Shown: positions 1-10,288, counted from the stretch's first letter. The stretch is DNA of 64,000 nt from Paludibacteraceae bacterium (GCA_045629285.1 JAZQQY010000038.1:691-64690), one strand, 5' to 3'. The notes: a model not told the origin generated them from the sequence alone. Program-made: numbers and translations.

Positions 1-453
1 GTTTTGATGGGACTGTCGTTAAGTGCCCTTTCACTTTTCGCATCTCCAAGAAAGTATTTGACTGTCGAATTGTTGACAGGAGACAAATACAGTTTCTTAA
101 TCGCTGATAATCCTGTACTTACGTTTGACACAGGTGAACTCGTTGTTAACGGAAATCCTACAACATCCTATTCTATCAGCGGAGTCAAAGATTATCATTT
201 TTCATTTTCGTCTGCAGATGCTGTAGATCAGCTTGGATCAAAGGAAATCAGAATTGTTGGAGTAGATGAACAGACAATTAAGGTGTTGAATGTTGAACCG
301 TCATCTCTTGTTACTCTTGTTTCGACTGCAGGTCAGAAGATTTTTTCGGTAAATGCAGATGCTAGCGGTGTTGCTACTGTTAATCTACCTACTATTAAAG
401 GAGTATATGTACTTTCCGTTTCAGGCAAGTCATTCAAAATCATTCGCAAATAA
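1..453 (+). CDS. 3' part of a secreted protein ending in a T9SS type-A C-terminal sorting domain (5' end outside window)
   Basis: The frame is open from the window edge to the stop at 451..453. The C-terminus ...GVATVNLPTIKGVYVLSVSGKSFKIIRK has the beta-strand pattern shared with the C-termini of the C10, GH16 and S1 proteins in this window. Confidence 0.5.
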   Translation, partial: VLMGLSLSALSLFASPRKYLTVELLTGDKYSFLIADNPVLTFDTGELVVNGNPTTSYSISGVKDYHFSFSSADAVDQLGSKEIRIVGVDEQTIKVLNVEPSSLVTLVSTAGQKIFSVNADASGVATVNLPTIKGVYVLSVSGKSFKIIRK

Positions 454-465
454 AAATTCTACTAT

Positions 466-1851
466 ATGAAAAAGAGACTAATACCAATTTTAGCCCTTTC
501 TACGCTAGGGTTAAGTTCTTATGCTGCCACATACATGATGGTAAACAAGTCAGACGGTACAGTTGTTGAATACGACATCGATGATGTGGTCAATGTTACC
601 TTTAGAGAAGATGCAGTCCCAGGCGACAATGGCGACAATGATGACAATGGTGACTCGAATCTGCCATCACCTCCTTGCGTCAGCATGTGTGACAACGAAT
701 TTGCTGTAAAGACTATGAGAATTCGTGGTAACAGCCTATTCGCTCCATTGAAAGCTAAATTCTGGGATGGTAAGGATTACACAATTGAGGCGTCGACTGA
801 AGATGGAACAATTGAACTTTTGAGTGACTATGATGCTGTCATAAAGATTCCTGCAGGAGTGGCAGACGGAGGACACATCTTGTTTGAGAACGCAAACGGT
901 GAGTCTTTGTCTGAATTCATCTATCGTGACACAAGAAATATGCTTATCACTCATGACGATGAGGATTATTTGAATAAGTTTATCGGTCAAAGACCTGATC
1001 AAGGATTTTATGATTATAATACTGATGACTACGTTAAGTGGGAAGAAAGAGATGAAGTGGCAAAGACTTACTTCAAGTCTGAGAATACCAATGGAGATTT
1101 CTCAATTTTCTGGAGTCAGGAATTTACTTCGTGGACTTATGAATCAAAGAGTGAGACTGCTGTAATGGATAGTTTGACTCCTAAATATCCGACTCCATTC
1201 GGTGTTTTCTCAGAATCTATTGTTAATGGAGAAACAGATTTCAACGATTATGTCATCAAGTTTGAGGTATTCGTATCTGAAGAATCTCCAATGATTGGCA
1301 ATGGATTGGTAATTGGGTTCTTTGTTAGTGACTTTGTGGAGTCAAGAGCATATTGTGCCTTCTGGCAACCATCCAGAGTTTATTTTGCTAGAAACGTGAA
1401 TGGAGAATGGGAGGAAGCTATAGATAGAGCTTATCCTTGGACATCAGGAGGTGATTGGATGACTATTACGATTCCTATGGATGAGATTAAATATAACTTC
1501 CAGACTAAGAATTATCTGTGCTCTGCTCAGAATAATCGTGTAATTGTTGATCCGGAAGGTACAGATAGTCCGTATACAGCGTATGGAGACGATGAGAATG
1601 GTCTTCCTTTCTTTGATAAGTATGGTGATGAACTTAGAGAAAACCTTTTAGGAAAGAGATCTAAGATGATTCAAAGTATAGGCATGGTTTATGATTTATA
1701 TGATCAGCCTACGTCGGATAACCAACCATATATTGCGGTCGACAATCTTCGTATCGTGCCAAAGGACAACAATGGAGGTATGTGGCGCATGACAAAATGG
1801 GGTTATCCAGATAGAGAATTCTACCAGGCTCCTATCTCTACTTGTAAATAA
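466..1851 (+). CDS. secreted hypothetical protein (possible surface glycan-binding protein)
   Basis: 461-aa ORF with signal peptide MKKRLIPILALSTLGLSSYAA and an acidic DNGDNDDNGD linker. No catalytic motif recognised. A hairpin terminator follows. Confidence 0.55.
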   Translation: MKKRLIPILALSTLGLSSYAATYMMVNKSDGTVVEYDIDDVVNVTFREDAVPGDNGDNDDNGDSNLPSPPCVSMCDNEFAVKTMRIRGNSLFAPLKAKFWDGKDYTIEASTEDGTIELLSDYDAVIKIPAGVADGGHILFENANGESLSEFIYRDTRNMLITHDDEDYLNKFIGQRPDQGFYDYNTDDYVKWEERDEVAKTYFKSENTNGDFSIFWSQEFTSWTYESKSETAVMDSLTPKYPTPFGVFSESIVNGETDFNDYVIKFEVFVSEESPMIGNGLVIGFFVSDFVESRAYCAFWQPSRVYFARNVNGEWEEAIDRAYPWTSGGDWMTITIPMDEIKYNFQTKNYLCSAQNNRVIVDPEGTDSPYTAYGDDENGLPFFDKYGDELRENLLGKRSKMIQSIGMVYDLYDQPTSDNQPYIAVDNLRIVPKDNNGGMWRMTKWGYPDREFYQAPISTCK

Positions 1852-1873
1852 TAGCTAATAATCAGTTTGTCGT

Positions 1874-1902
1874 AGGGACGTCACTTTGTGGCGTCTCTTT
1901 TT
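1874..1902 (+). terminator. Rho-independent terminator
   Basis: AGGGACGTCAC / GTGGCGTCTCT stem (two G-U pairs) followed by TTTTT. It belongs to the AGAGACG/CGTCTCT hairpin family seen elsewhere in the window. Confidence 0.6.
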
Positions 1903-1949
1903 GTTAATATCTATTTCATTAGCGACTACGCTATTCGACGGATTTTGGG

Positions 1950-1957
1950 TAACTTTG
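1950..1957 (+). promoter_or_regulatory. Bacteroidetes -7 promoter motif (TAnnTTTG) for mutS
   Basis: TAACTTTG matches the TAnnTTTG consensus, about 30 nt upstream of GTG 1987. Confidence 0.45.
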
Positions 1958-1986
1958 CATATATTCAAAACTTAATTCAAAAAGAC

Positions 1987-4629
1987 GTGGCAGGGAAGAG
2001 CGAAACGCCTTTAATGAGGCAATATTCCGAATATAAATCACAGTATCCTGATGCAATACTCCTATTTCGTGTAGGAGATTTCTATGAGACTTTTGGCGAC
2101 GACGCAATCAAAGCGTCTGAGGCTCTCGGCATCACGCTTACTAAACGCAACAACGGTGGCAGTTCGGGTGAAATGCCTCTTGCCGGTTTCCCTCATCACG
2201 CTCTCGACACTTATCTGCCTAAGTTGGTCAGACATGGCTATCGTGTTGCTATCTGCGACCAGCTTGAAGATCCTAAATTAGCTAAAGGTCTTGTGAAGCG
2301 TGGTATCACGGAGCTTTCTACTCCGGGTGTCACAATGAGTGAGAATATTCTTGACCCACGTGAAAACAACTTCCTATGTGCCGTATGTCGTAGTGAGGAT
2401 AAGAAGTCTAAGGACATCTTCGGTGTCTCTTTCCTTGATATTTCCACAGGTGAATACTTGCTTTCTCAAGGCAAACAGGATTATGTCGACAAACTGCTTT
2501 CTGTCTACACTCCGAAGGAAATCCTAATCGAGAGAGGAAGCAGACGTGATTTCGAGGATACATTCTCAAAGCACTATCTAGTCAATGAACTTGACGATTG
2601 GGCTTTCACTCCAGACAGTGCCCGTGGCAAACTGCTTGCCCATTTCAACACTTCGTCGTTAAAGGGATTCGGTGTCGAGAATCTTCAGGTTGGTCAGGTG
2701 GCTGCCGGTGCAATCCTTCACTATCTCGATTATACTCAGCATAAAAATATCAGTCACGTCAACTCTATCAGGCGTATCGAGGAGGAGAAATATGTTTGGA
2801 TGGACCGCTTTACAGTGCGTAATCTTGAACTTTTCCCTTCGTCGTACGATGAAAACCAACGCTCGCTTCTTGGCACTATCAACGAGACAATGACACCGAT
2901 GGGCTCACGTCAGATGATGCGTTGGTTGGCTCAGCCTCTTAAGGAGGTGACTCCGATTGTGGAGCGTCATGAGATTGTTGAGACTCTTTTCCAGGAGAAG
3001 GATCTTCGTTCGCTTCTTAACGAGTGTTTGCCTCAGATCGGTGATATGGAGCGTATCGTTTCTAAAGTCGCGGCAAAACGTGCTAATCCACGTGATGTGT
3101 TGGCTCTTTGTTCTGCGTTGAAGATGGTTGCTCCAATCAAGGCGGCATGTGCTCAGAGCAGCAATGTCAATCTTCAGGGTATGGCCGAACGACTTAATAC
3201 TTGCGAGCATATCTGTGCTAAGATCGACGCGATGATCGTGCCAAACCCTCCTGCGTTGTTGTCAAAGGGTGGGGTGATAGCTCCAGGCTATAATGAGGAT
3301 CTTGATAGTTGGCGACGTATATCTACCAATAGTAAGGATGTGTTGTTGCAGATCCAGGATCAGGAGATTGAACGCACTGGAATCTCGACACTTAAGGTCG
3401 GTTACAACAATGTGTTCGGCTACTATCTTGAGGTGCGCAACACTCATAAGGATAAGGTGCCGCAGGAGTGGATACGTAAGCAGACGTTGACAGGTGCTGA
3501 ACGCTATATCACGCCTGAATTGAAGGAGCTTGAGGCAAAGATCACTAAGGCAGAAGAGATGATCATTCCGTTAGAGACTAAATTGTTCACGGAGTTGGTA
3601 GATGAACTTGCCGAATATATCTCTCCTGTACAAACAGATACTTCCATCATTGCGCAGCTCGACTGCTTGATGTCGTTTGTGAGCATCTCGGAAAAATATA
3701 AATATGTTCGTCCTATTGTCGACGATAGCCTTGTCATCGATATTCGTGAAGGTCGACATCCGGTGATTGAGCGTCAGTTGCCGATTGACAGCCCGTATAT
3801 CGCCAATAGTGTGGAGCTTGACAATGAGAAGAAGCAGATCATGATGATCACCGGACCTAACATGGCCGGTAAGTCGGCTTTGCTTCGTCAGACTGCGTTG
3901 ATTGTGGTGTTGGCTCAGATCGGATGCTTCGTTCCTGCCGACAGTGCTCACATCGGTGTGGTGGATAAGATCTTCACACGTGTCGGAGCATCGGATAACA
4001 TCTCTATGGGTGAATCTACATTCATGGTGGAGATGACAGAGGCGTCGAGCATCATCAACAATATCACCGACCGTTCGCTTGTCCTATTCGACGAGTTGGG
4101 TCGTGGAACTTCCACTTACGACGGTATTTCGATCGCTTGGGCAATCGTGGAGCATCTTCACGAGAATCCTAAGGCAAATCCAAAGACTCTGTTTGCCACT
4201 CACTATCATGAGCTTAACGAGATGGAAAACACATTCGAGCGTGTGAAAAACTACAATGTGTCGGTACGTGAGGCAGAGGGTAAGGTGATATTCCTACGTA
4301 AGTTGAAAGAGGGTGGAAGTGAACATAGTTTCGGTATCCACGTTGCAAAATTGGCAGGTATGCCTGCGTCTGTAGTCGAGAGGGCGAATGAGATTCTTCA
4401 TCGTCTTGAAGAGCAGCATAAGGATACGGATGTCACTACTGAGAAGATCAAGAAAGCGACAGAGCCAAAGGTTCCGGTCGGCACACAATTGAGCATTTTC
4501 CAGCTTGACGATCCTACTCTTTCTCAGGTGCGCGACGAGATTCTGACAATAGATATTGATAATCTTACTCCGCTTGAAGCGTTGAACAAACTTCATGAGG
4601 TGAAGAAAATCTTGCTTGGAAGGAGTTAA
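1987..4629 (+). CDS. mutS: DNA mismatch repair protein MutS
   Basis: Full-length MutS pattern: [33 protein letters not shown] N-terminus, Walker [28 protein letters not shown]. The track ORF starts at 1888, but that extension overlaps the upstream terminator and lies upstream of the promoter motif. GTG 1987 (then [12 protein letters not shown]) or ATG 2014 are the plausible starts. Confidence 0.93.
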   Translation: MAGKSETPLMRQYSEYKSQYPDAILLFRVGDFYETFGDDAIKASEALGITLTKRNNGGSSGEMPLAGFPHHALDTYLPKLVRHGYRVAICDQLEDPKLAKGLVKRGITELSTPGVTMSENILDPRENNFLCAVCRSEDKKSKDIFGVSFLDISTGEYLLSQGKQDYVDKLLSVYTPKEILIERGSRRDFEDTFSKHYLVNELDDWAFTPDSARGKLLAHFNTSSLKGFGVENLQVGQVAAGAILHYLDYTQHKNISHVNSIRRIEEEKYVWMDRFTVRNLELFPSSYDENQRSLLGTINETMTPMGSRQMMRWLAQPLKEVTPIVERHEIVETLFQEKDLRSLLNECLPQIGDMERIVSKVAAKRANPRDVLALCSALKMVAPIKAACAQSSNVNLQGMAERLNTCEHICAKIDAMIVPNPPALLSKGGVIAPGYNEDLDSWRRISTNSKDVLLQIQDQEIERTGISTLKVGYNNVFGYYLEVRNTHKDKVPQEWIRKQTLTGAERYITPELKELEAKITKAEEMIIPLETKLFTELVDELAEYISPVQTDTSIIAQLDCLMSFVSISEKYKYVRPIVDDSLVIDIREGRHPVIERQLPIDSPYIANSVELDNEKKQIMMITGPNMAGKSALLRQTALIVVLAQIGCFVPADSAHIGVVDKIFTRVGASDNISMGESTFMVEMTEASSIINNITDRSLVLFDELGRGTSTYDGISIAWAIVEHLHENPKANPKTLFATHYHELNEMENTFERVKNYNVSVREAEGKVIFLRKLKEGGSEHSFGIHVAKLAGMPASVVERANEILHRLEEQHKDTDVTTEKIKKATEPKVPVGTQLSIFQLDDPTLSQVRDEILTIDIDNLTPLEALNKLHEVKKILLGRS

Positions 4630-4726
4630 TTTCCACTAAGTAATTTGTTATTTGAAGATAATGGAATATATTTGCTACCAGCTATGGCATAACGCTGTGG
4701 TAGGTAGTATATTTTAAATAGGGACT

Positions 4727-5563
4727 ATGATAAAACTAAGAAATTTTTGGGTAGTGCTAGCTATTGGCTGCGCTTTTTCTATGGGTACTGCATCATGTAG
4801 TGATGACGAGGAGGAACAGAATCCTCAGGAGCAGAATGGTAATAAGGATACTAACAAGCCTGAAGATCAGAAGCAGGACGCTCCAGCAACTCAACCAGAA
4901 AAGTTGGGTGAGTCAATGAAGGAAGTTGTGGCTAAGATTGATATCGAGGAAGAGTCTTCACTTCTAAAACAGGCTACACAGATGACCTCAGCTCAGATCG
5001 AGACATTGGCTGAGACACTTGTGGAGTACAACAAGAATAAGGATAACAAAGAGTGGAAGGATTCATTCCTAGGTCAGGCAACAGAAGAAGAGAAGGAGAA
5101 AACTGTTGAGCTTATCGAGAACACAATCAGCAAGATTGAGGCGGAAGGCATCGTTATGGATGAGTTGGACAAGGATATCCTATTGGAGATCGCCAACGAG
5201 TATTTCAAGGGTACTGATGGCTATGGCGACGGCAAGAAGGCTGGTCTAGAAGAGGGTAAGACTCACGAGAAATTGTGCAACGACCTATACTATAAGTATA
5301 TGACGGATCTTGATTTCTCTACTACAGAAGGCATGTATGCGATGATGTCCGTCGTTACGGGTCTTGATTCTAACCAAAAGGGTGAGTTGATGTCTATTAT
5401 CTTGGCTTGGGATTCTAAGAAGGATGATAAGGATTGGAAGTCAGGATTCATCGAGGGTGTTAATTTGAAGGATCCTGCTGCAGCTGCAGATATGGAAGAA
5501 AAACTTAATCAGATCGTATCTAACCAGATGGTTATGGGTATGATTATCGGTGTGTTGTCATAA
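4727..5563 (+). CDS. hypothetical lipoprotein (acidic, Lys/Glu-rich)
   Basis: Lipoprotein signal AIGCAFSMGTASC followed by an acidic linker. Contains an internal repeat NKDNKEWKDSF / KKDDKDWKSGF. Confidence 0.6.
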   Translation: MIKLRNFWVVLAIGCAFSMGTASCSDDEEEQNPQEQNGNKDTNKPEDQKQDAPATQPEKLGESMKEVVAKIDIEEESSLLKQATQMTSAQIETLAETLVEYNKNKDNKEWKDSFLGQATEEEKEKTVELIENTISKIEAEGIVMDELDKDILLEIANEYFKGTDGYGDGKKAGLEEGKTHEKLCNDLYYKYMTDLDFSTTEGMYAMMSVVTGLDSNQKGELMSIILAWDSKKDDKDWKSGFIEGVNLKDPAAAADMEEKLNQIVSNQMVMGMIIGVLS

Positions 5564-5588
5564 TCGACCACTTATCATATAGATAAAT

Positions 5589-5622
5589 AAAACGCAGACA
5601 ATTTATATTGCCTGCGTTTTTT
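5589..5622 (+). terminator. Rho-independent terminator
   Basis: AAAACGCAG ... CTGCGTTTT 9-bp stem followed by a T-run. Confidence 0.6.
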
Positions 5623-5708
5623 AACTCTGTAATCCTAGGGTTGCGCTGCGTTTACCTTAGGCTTTAATTGTATCACCCCGTTTGAGTTTATCCCTCTTAC
5701 ATCTTACA

Positions 5709-6791
5709 TTAATACTGGTGGTTCTGGTGGAAATTCCTCCATTTTTCCAGCAATGCTCTCATGTCGCTAGGAATTGTGGAATCGAAATCCATCTCCTCGC
5801 CTGTGCGTGGATGACGGAATCCTAGAGTCTTGGCGTGTAGTGCTTGACGAGGACAGATAGCGAAACAGTTGCTGACAAACTTACGGTAGTTTGATGTGCG
5901 TTCACCACGCAAAATCTCCATGCCACCATATCTTTCGTCGGCAAACAGAGTGTGGCCGATATGCTTCATGTGTACACGGATCTGATGTGTACGGCCTGTC
6001 TCAAGAATACACTCTACTAAAGTAACATAACCGAATCTTTCCAATACCTTATAGTGAGTCACCGCATGTTTGGCAGACGGATTTTCTCCATTTGGGAAAG
6101 TGGTGAACAACATTCTATCTTTGGGATCACGAGCGATATCGGCATCGATTGTACCCTCATCCTTCTCCACGTTACCCCAAACTAGAGCATTATAGCGTCG
6201 ACGAGTAGTCTTATTGAAAAACTGCTTTCCTAGATCGCTCTTCGCGTCGTCGTTCTTTGCAATGATAAGTAGGCCGGAAGTGTCCTTGTCGATACGGTGT
6301 ACGAGACCTAGACGCGGGTCTGTAGTGTCGTAGTCGGGATCATCCTTCAAATGCCATGCAAGAGCGTTAAGCAATGTGCCTTGGAAATTACCGAAACCAG
6401 GATGCACCACCATGCCGGCAGTCTTGTTTACCAACACCACATCCTTGTCTTCATAAACAATATTGATTGGAATATCCTGAGGAATGATAGTGAAATCCGA
6501 CGGTGGATAGGAAAGCATGACGGAAATCTCGTCATTTGGCTTCACCTTATAGCTCGACTTCACCGGTTTGCCGTTGGCAAGGATGGTCTGGCAGTCGGCT
6601 GCCATCTGTATACGATTACGCGACACATGCGGCATCACACCGACCAGGAATTTGTCGATACGCACCATCTTTTTGCCTTCAGGCACACTGAAGTGGAAAT
6701 GCTCGTGAAGCTGGCCGTCGTTGCCAAGTTCTGCTTCCGGAGATTCCCCGTCCTGGATTATCTCTATATCTTCGATTTCGTCTTCTTGCAT
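5709..6791 (-). CDS. rluD: RluA/RluD-family 23S rRNA pseudouridine synthase
   Basis: S4-like N-terminal region, catalytic motif HRIDKDTSGLL, and GRTHQIRVH. Confidence 0.9.
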   Translation of the reverse strand: MQEDEIEDIEIIQDGESPEAELGNDGQLHEHFHFSVPEGKKMVRIDKFLVGVMPHVSRNRIQMAADCQTILANGKPVKSSYKVKPNDEISVMLSYPPSDFTIIPQDIPINIVYEDKDVVLVNKTAGMVVHPGFGNFQGTLLNALAWHLKDDPDYDTTDPRLGLVHRIDKDTSGLLIIAKNDDAKSDLGKQFFNKTTRRRYNALVWGNVEKDEGTIDADIARDPKDRMLFTTFPNGENPSAKHAVTHYKVLERFGYVTLVECILETGRTHQIRVHMKHIGHTLFADERYGGMEILRGERTSNYRKFVSNCFAICPRQALHAKTLGFRHPRTGEEMDFDSTIPSDMRALLEKWRNFHQNHQY

Positions 6792-6853
6792 TTTTAATTA
6801 GTATTCGATATCCAATAGATTTAGAAATTCGTCAGAAGTATATAATGGAATAT

Positions 6854-7003
6854 CTAATTTTCAAAATCTTTTTTGTTGCGAGTAACTACACAGTCCATGC
6901 CTGCGGATAATGCGGAATAGTATTGTACGCTATCTAAAGACTTAATGAATCCCCACAAGTGTTCAATTGCATTCGCTTCCGGCTTCCATTTTCCGTTTTT
7001 TTG
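6854..7003 (-). pseudogene. relic of a PIN-domain (VapC-like) toxin gene, C-terminal ~49 codons only
   Basis: My translation of the minus strand gives QKNGKWKPEANAIEHLWGFIKSLDSVQYYSALSAGMDCVVTRNKKDFEN*. It has an in-frame TAA immediately upstream and no start codon. The ending ...D..Q...A...G.D.(I/V)VTRNKKDF is the typical C-terminus of PIN toxins. Confidence 0.4.
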
Positions 7004-7046
7004 TTAAATACTGTTGCAAATCCCCTTTTGCGGGGTCTTTATATGA

Positions 7047-7955
7047 TTAGTTCCAAAGTCCGTCGCCGCTATCAGGCACAGAATCCTGAACAGTCTCGTC
7101 CTTGAATATCTCTTCTGGTTCCTCTAGCTTCTCCTTTTCAAGTGTCAAGTAAAGGTCGACGCGAGTGCCTGCAGGGACAACCTTACCTGTGATCGGAGTC
7201 TGCTTGTAGACCACTGCTTTCGCCTTGTCGTCGTCCGACATTCCCTTATCGTATGAGATTGCGCCGATGTTCAAATCTCTCTCGTGAGCTTCGTTTCTTG
7301 CTCTTTCAAGAGTAAGACCACGGAAACTAGTCACGTTGATCTCCTGGTTCGACAAACCGCGTCCGATAACCAATGTTACTGCCGATCCCTCTATCAACTG
7401 AGTGTTGGGAGTGATGATCTTGTCGTGAAACTTAACCTCGATCACGTTTCCGCTCTGCTCCGACGGTACATACTCCAAACTGCTTACTTTCAAACCTACG
7501 CTTGTCAACAAGTTTTCAGCCTGACGTGCAGAACCTTCGCGCACCTCTGGAAGAGAAACCTTCTTTGCGCTGTATGCCTGAATCTTAACGTAGATCTTGC
7601 GACCTTCCTTAACCTTGGCGCCAGCTTTCGGCACCTGGTCGACAATAGCGCCCGGCTTCATGCCCTTCACGTACATGGAGTCGATCACCTCGTATGTCAA
7701 TCCGCGGATGCTAAGAATCTCGCCACCTTCCTTTTCAGTCATGCCGTTCAAGTCAGGAGTCTCGATCTCCTTGCCATGATTAGTGTAGCCGTCAAGCCAA
7801 CTTGTCACCCAGACAAAACCGATGAATATGATGATGATACAAGCAAGTATGCTGATTACCAATGGATTCTTGATGAATCTCTTGAAAAATGGCTCTTTGT
7901 TTTTCTTCTTGTTCTTCTTAGTCGATTCCGACTTTACTTCTATTTCTGTACTCAT
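7047..7955 (-). CDS. PASTA domain-containing membrane protein
   Basis: One TM helix (VISILACIIIIFIGFVWV) followed by three PASTA-like repeats. I moved the start to ATG 7955 (MSTEIEVKSE...) because the track's 92-aa 5' extension runs into miaB and its promoter. Confidence 0.8.
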   Translation of the reverse strand: MSTEIEVKSESTKKNKKKNKEPFFKRFIKNPLVISILACIIIIFIGFVWVTSWLDGYTNHGKEIETPDLNGMTEKEGGEILSIRGLTYEVIDSMYVKGMKPGAIVDQVPKAGAKVKEGRKIYVKIQAYSAKKVSLPEVREGSARQAENLLTSVGLKVSSLEYVPSEQSGNVIEVKFHDKIITPNTQLIEGSAVTLVIGRGLSNQEINVTSFRGLTLERARNEAHERDLNIGAISYDKGMSDDDKAKAVVYKQTPITGKVVPAGTRVDLYLTLEKEKLEEPEEIFKDETVQDSVPDSGDGLWN

Positions 7956-8003
7956 TTGAAAATCTATTTCTTCTAAATAAATACAAAAATAAACGAAGAT
8001 GAG

Positions 8004-8011
8004 TATCTTTG
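8004..8011 (+). promoter_or_regulatory. -7 promoter motif for miaB
   Basis: TATCTTTG matches TAnnTTTG, 23 nt upstream of ATG 8034. Confidence 0.4.
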
Positions 8012-8033
8012 CAACAATTTTAATATATAAAAG

Positions 8034-9383
8034 ATGAAAACAGACTCTAAATCTGCGACAAAAAAACTTTTTATTGAGACTTACGGTTGCCAGATGAACG
8101 TGGCAGATACCGAAGTTGTGGCTGCAATCATGCAGACAGTAGGCTACGAAATCACTGAGGATATAGCCGAGGCAGACGCCGTGTTTGCCAACACTTGTTC
8201 CATCCGTGACAACGCGGAGCAGAAGATCCACTCACGTATCCAGTATTTCCAGTCGTTGAAGCGTGATGCCAAGCGCACGGTGATCATCGGAATCATCGGC
8301 TGTATGGCTGAGAGAATGAAGGAGGAGTTACTTCAGACGGGTGTTGTCGACCTTGTGTGTGGACCGGATTCCTATCTCGACCTTCCTAACTTGATCTCTA
8401 GCGTGGAGGCGGGAGAGAAGGCTATCAATGTAGATCTTTCTACTACAGAGACTTACCGCAACGTCATTCCTGCAAGAATCGGACATAGTCGTATATCTGG
8501 TTATGTATCGATCATGCGTGGCTGCAACAATTTCTGCTCATACTGCATCGTGCCGTACACTCGTGGACGCGAGAGAAGCCGTGCTGTCGACAGTATTCTC
8601 AATGAAGTCAACGATCTTAGTGAAAAGGGATTCAAGGAGGTGATCCTGCTTGGCCAGAATGTCAATTCTTATCGTTTTGTCGACGAGAACGAAAACGTAA
8701 CGACATTTGCCCAGCTACTTGAAATCATCGCTGAGAAGTTCCCGAAAATGCGTATCCGTTTCACAACGTCGCATCCAAAGGATATGACAGACGACATCCT
8801 TCATGCGATCGCCAAGTGGGACAACGTATGTCGACATATCCATCTTGCCGTGCAGAGCGGAAGTTCGGAGGTGTTGAAAGCAATGAACAGAAAATATACA
8901 CGAGAATGGTTCTTGGAGAGAATCGCTGCCATCCGTCGCATTATTCCAGATTGCGGTATCACTACCGACATCTTCTGCGGATTCCACGGCGAGACAGAGG
9001 AGGATCACAAGCAGACACTTTCCTTAATGGACGAGGTTGTGTTTGATTCGGCCTTCATGTTCAAGTATTCGGAGCGACCAGGCACATACGCATCCAAATT
9101 CTTGCCTGACAATATCTCGGAGGAGGTCAAGATCCGCCGTTTGAACGAGATCATCGAGAATCAGACACGACTATCAGCGATCAGCAATGAGCGTGACCTA
9201 GGCAAGGTCTTCGAGGTGCTAGTCGAGGGAAGAAGCAAGAGAAGCGCGGATCAATTATTCGGGCGTACACAGCAGAATAAGGTGGCGGTATTCCCTAAGG
9301 GCGACGCGAAGGTCGGCGATATAGTCCACGTTAAGGTGCTGCAGACTACATCAGCGACATTGATCGGCGAGATAGTAGATTAA
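8034..9383 (+). CDS. miaB: tRNA (N6-isopentenyl adenosine(37)-C2)-methylthiotransferase MiaB
   Basis: N-terminal TYGCQMN, radical-SAM motif CNNFCSYCIVP, and a C-terminal TRAM-like domain. Confidence 0.93.
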   Translation: MKTDSKSATKKLFIETYGCQMNVADTEVVAAIMQTVGYEITEDIAEADAVFANTCSIRDNAEQKIHSRIQYFQSLKRDAKRTVIIGIIGCMAERMKEELLQTGVVDLVCGPDSYLDLPNLISSVEAGEKAINVDLSTTETYRNVIPARIGHSRISGYVSIMRGCNNFCSYCIVPYTRGRERSRAVDSILNEVNDLSEKGFKEVILLGQNVNSYRFVDENENVTTFAQLLEIIAEKFPKMRIRFTTSHPKDMTDDILHAIAKWDNVCRHIHLAVQSGSSEVLKAMNRKYTREWFLERIAAIRRIIPDCGITTDIFCGFHGETEEDHKQTLSLMDEVVFDSAFMFKYSERPGTYASKFLPDNISEEVKIRRLNEIIENQTRLSAISNERDLGKVFEVLVEGRSKRSADQLFGRTQQNKVAVFPKGDAKVGDIVHVKVLQTTSATLIGEIVD

Positions 9384-9397
9384 ATGAGAAATTATAA

Positions 9398-9440
9398 ATG
9401 CGGAATGCGAAATGAAGGTTCAAATTCCGCATTTTTCAAT
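9398..9440 (+). terminator. Rho-independent terminator of miaB
   Basis: Perfect 9-bp stem ATGCGGAAT / ATTCCGCAT with a 17-nt loop, followed by TTTTT. Confidence 0.6.
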
Positions 9441-9490
9441 ATTTTCTTAAAAAAAATGGTGCAAATTTTGGTTATGTGTTGAGAAATACA

Positions 9491-9498
9491 TACTTTTG
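9491..9498 (+). promoter_or_regulatory. -7 promoter motif for tRNA-Arg
   Basis: TACTTTTG sits inside ATACTTTTGCATCGC. The same 15-mer precedes the tRNA-Phe/Val cluster at 56921. Confidence 0.55.
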
Positions 9499-9528
9499 CA
9501 TCGCTTTTGAAAGAAAGCAGTTAAGGTA

Positions 9529-9605
9529 GGTCGGGTAGCTCAGCTGGATAGAGCAACAGCCTTCTAAGCTGTGGGTCAAGGGTTCGAATCCCTTCCCGAT
9601 CACCA
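9529..9605 (+). tRNA. tRNA-Arg (anticodon TCT), CCA encoded
   Basis: Hand-folded cloverleaf: acceptor GGTCGGG/CCCGATC, D-arm GCTC..GAGC, anticodon stem ACAGC/GCTGT with loop CTTCTAA, T-arm AAGGG-TTCGAAT-CCCTT, discriminator A, CCA. Confidence 0.93.
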
Positions 9606-10134
9606 ACATATCTCCTAACTTATTGAATTTCAATATGTTGGGAGATTTCTTTTTTAAGTTCCACCCCTTTTTTCCAACCCCTTTTAAGAAAGCAGTTTCT
9701 AACTTCCTGACTACAGTTTTCCCTAGAATCCATCTTCCAGCAAGTATTATATTCTCATATTCACGGTAGTCATTACAAGACTTCGTGTCTGCAGCCCCAT
9801 AGTAGGTAACAGAAAAAGCTGATTCAGGAATACCGGAAGAAATCAGACTTTCTTTCAGTTTTTCGGTATATTTGTCATTTGGAATTTCTGACAAAACCTC
9901 CGTTGTCTTGAAATCTTTCCAGATAACCATAAGAGTCTTTCCACTTACAAATCTGAGAATATCAGCTACCGACTTTATGAAATTGTCGTATTGGGTATTA
10001 TCAGGCTCTGTTCTTCTGTTCAAAACAAATGGGAATGGTATAAACTTCACCCTACTGTTGTACTTGAAAGGAATGTTCAGTAAGGTGAACTTGCTCCCTT
10101 TTCCCAAGAGAACATCACCAGCACCTTCAAACAC
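9606..10134 (-). pseudogene. orphan gene fragment of unknown family abutting the tRNA-Arg 3' end
   Basis: Track ORF 9472..10134 has no native C-terminus. Its last ~45 codons are antisense to the terminator and the tRNA itself. Only a ~175-bp promoter region lies upstream. No motif recognised. Confidence 0.3.
9610..9654 (+). terminator. Rho-independent terminator after tRNA-Arg
   Basis: ATCTCCTAAC / GTTGGGAGAT 10-bp stem (one G-U pair) followed by TTTCTTTTTT. Confidence 0.6.
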
Positions 10135-10280
10135 TGAAATAAAAATATAGTGGCGACCTTATTATATAATGAATGCAAAATAAATGATGAATGATAAATG
10201 TGAAATGTTTTTTAGGCTTTCACAAGGGTCATCCTACAGAATACCTAAATTTGGGAATTTCATGTTTTTTAACATTAGGA

Positions 10281-10288
10281 TACCTTTG
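10281..10288 (+). promoter_or_regulatory. -7 promoter motif for the outer-membrane transport locus
   Basis: TACCTTTG matches TAnnTTTG, 23 nt upstream of ATG 10311. Confidence 0.4.

Noticed and set aside
1888-1986. 5' extension of the mutS ORF as listed in the track
   Set aside because: It overlaps the upstream terminator hairpin and lies upstream of the TAnnTTTG motif. The encoded [14 protein letters not shown]... is not part of MutS.
6351-7976. Antisense ORFs 6351..6797 (+) and 7284..7976 (+). The same applies to similar antisense ORFs inside mutS, the TonB receptors, the C10 protease (e.g. 36367..36894), GT2 (32223..32699), tadA (34005..34466) and the 1351-aa adhesin.
   Set aside because: Each lies fully inside a well-supported gene on the opposite strand and has no motifs or signal sequences.
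7956-8231. 92-aa 5' extension of the PASTA-protein ORF
   Set aside because: It runs antisense across the miaB promoter and into the first ~65 codons of miaB. The internal ATG 7955 gives the expected short cytoplasmic tail plus a TM helix.
9472-9605. C-terminal part of ORF 9472..10134 as real coding sequence
   Set aside because: It is the reverse complement of tRNA-Arg and its promoter region.
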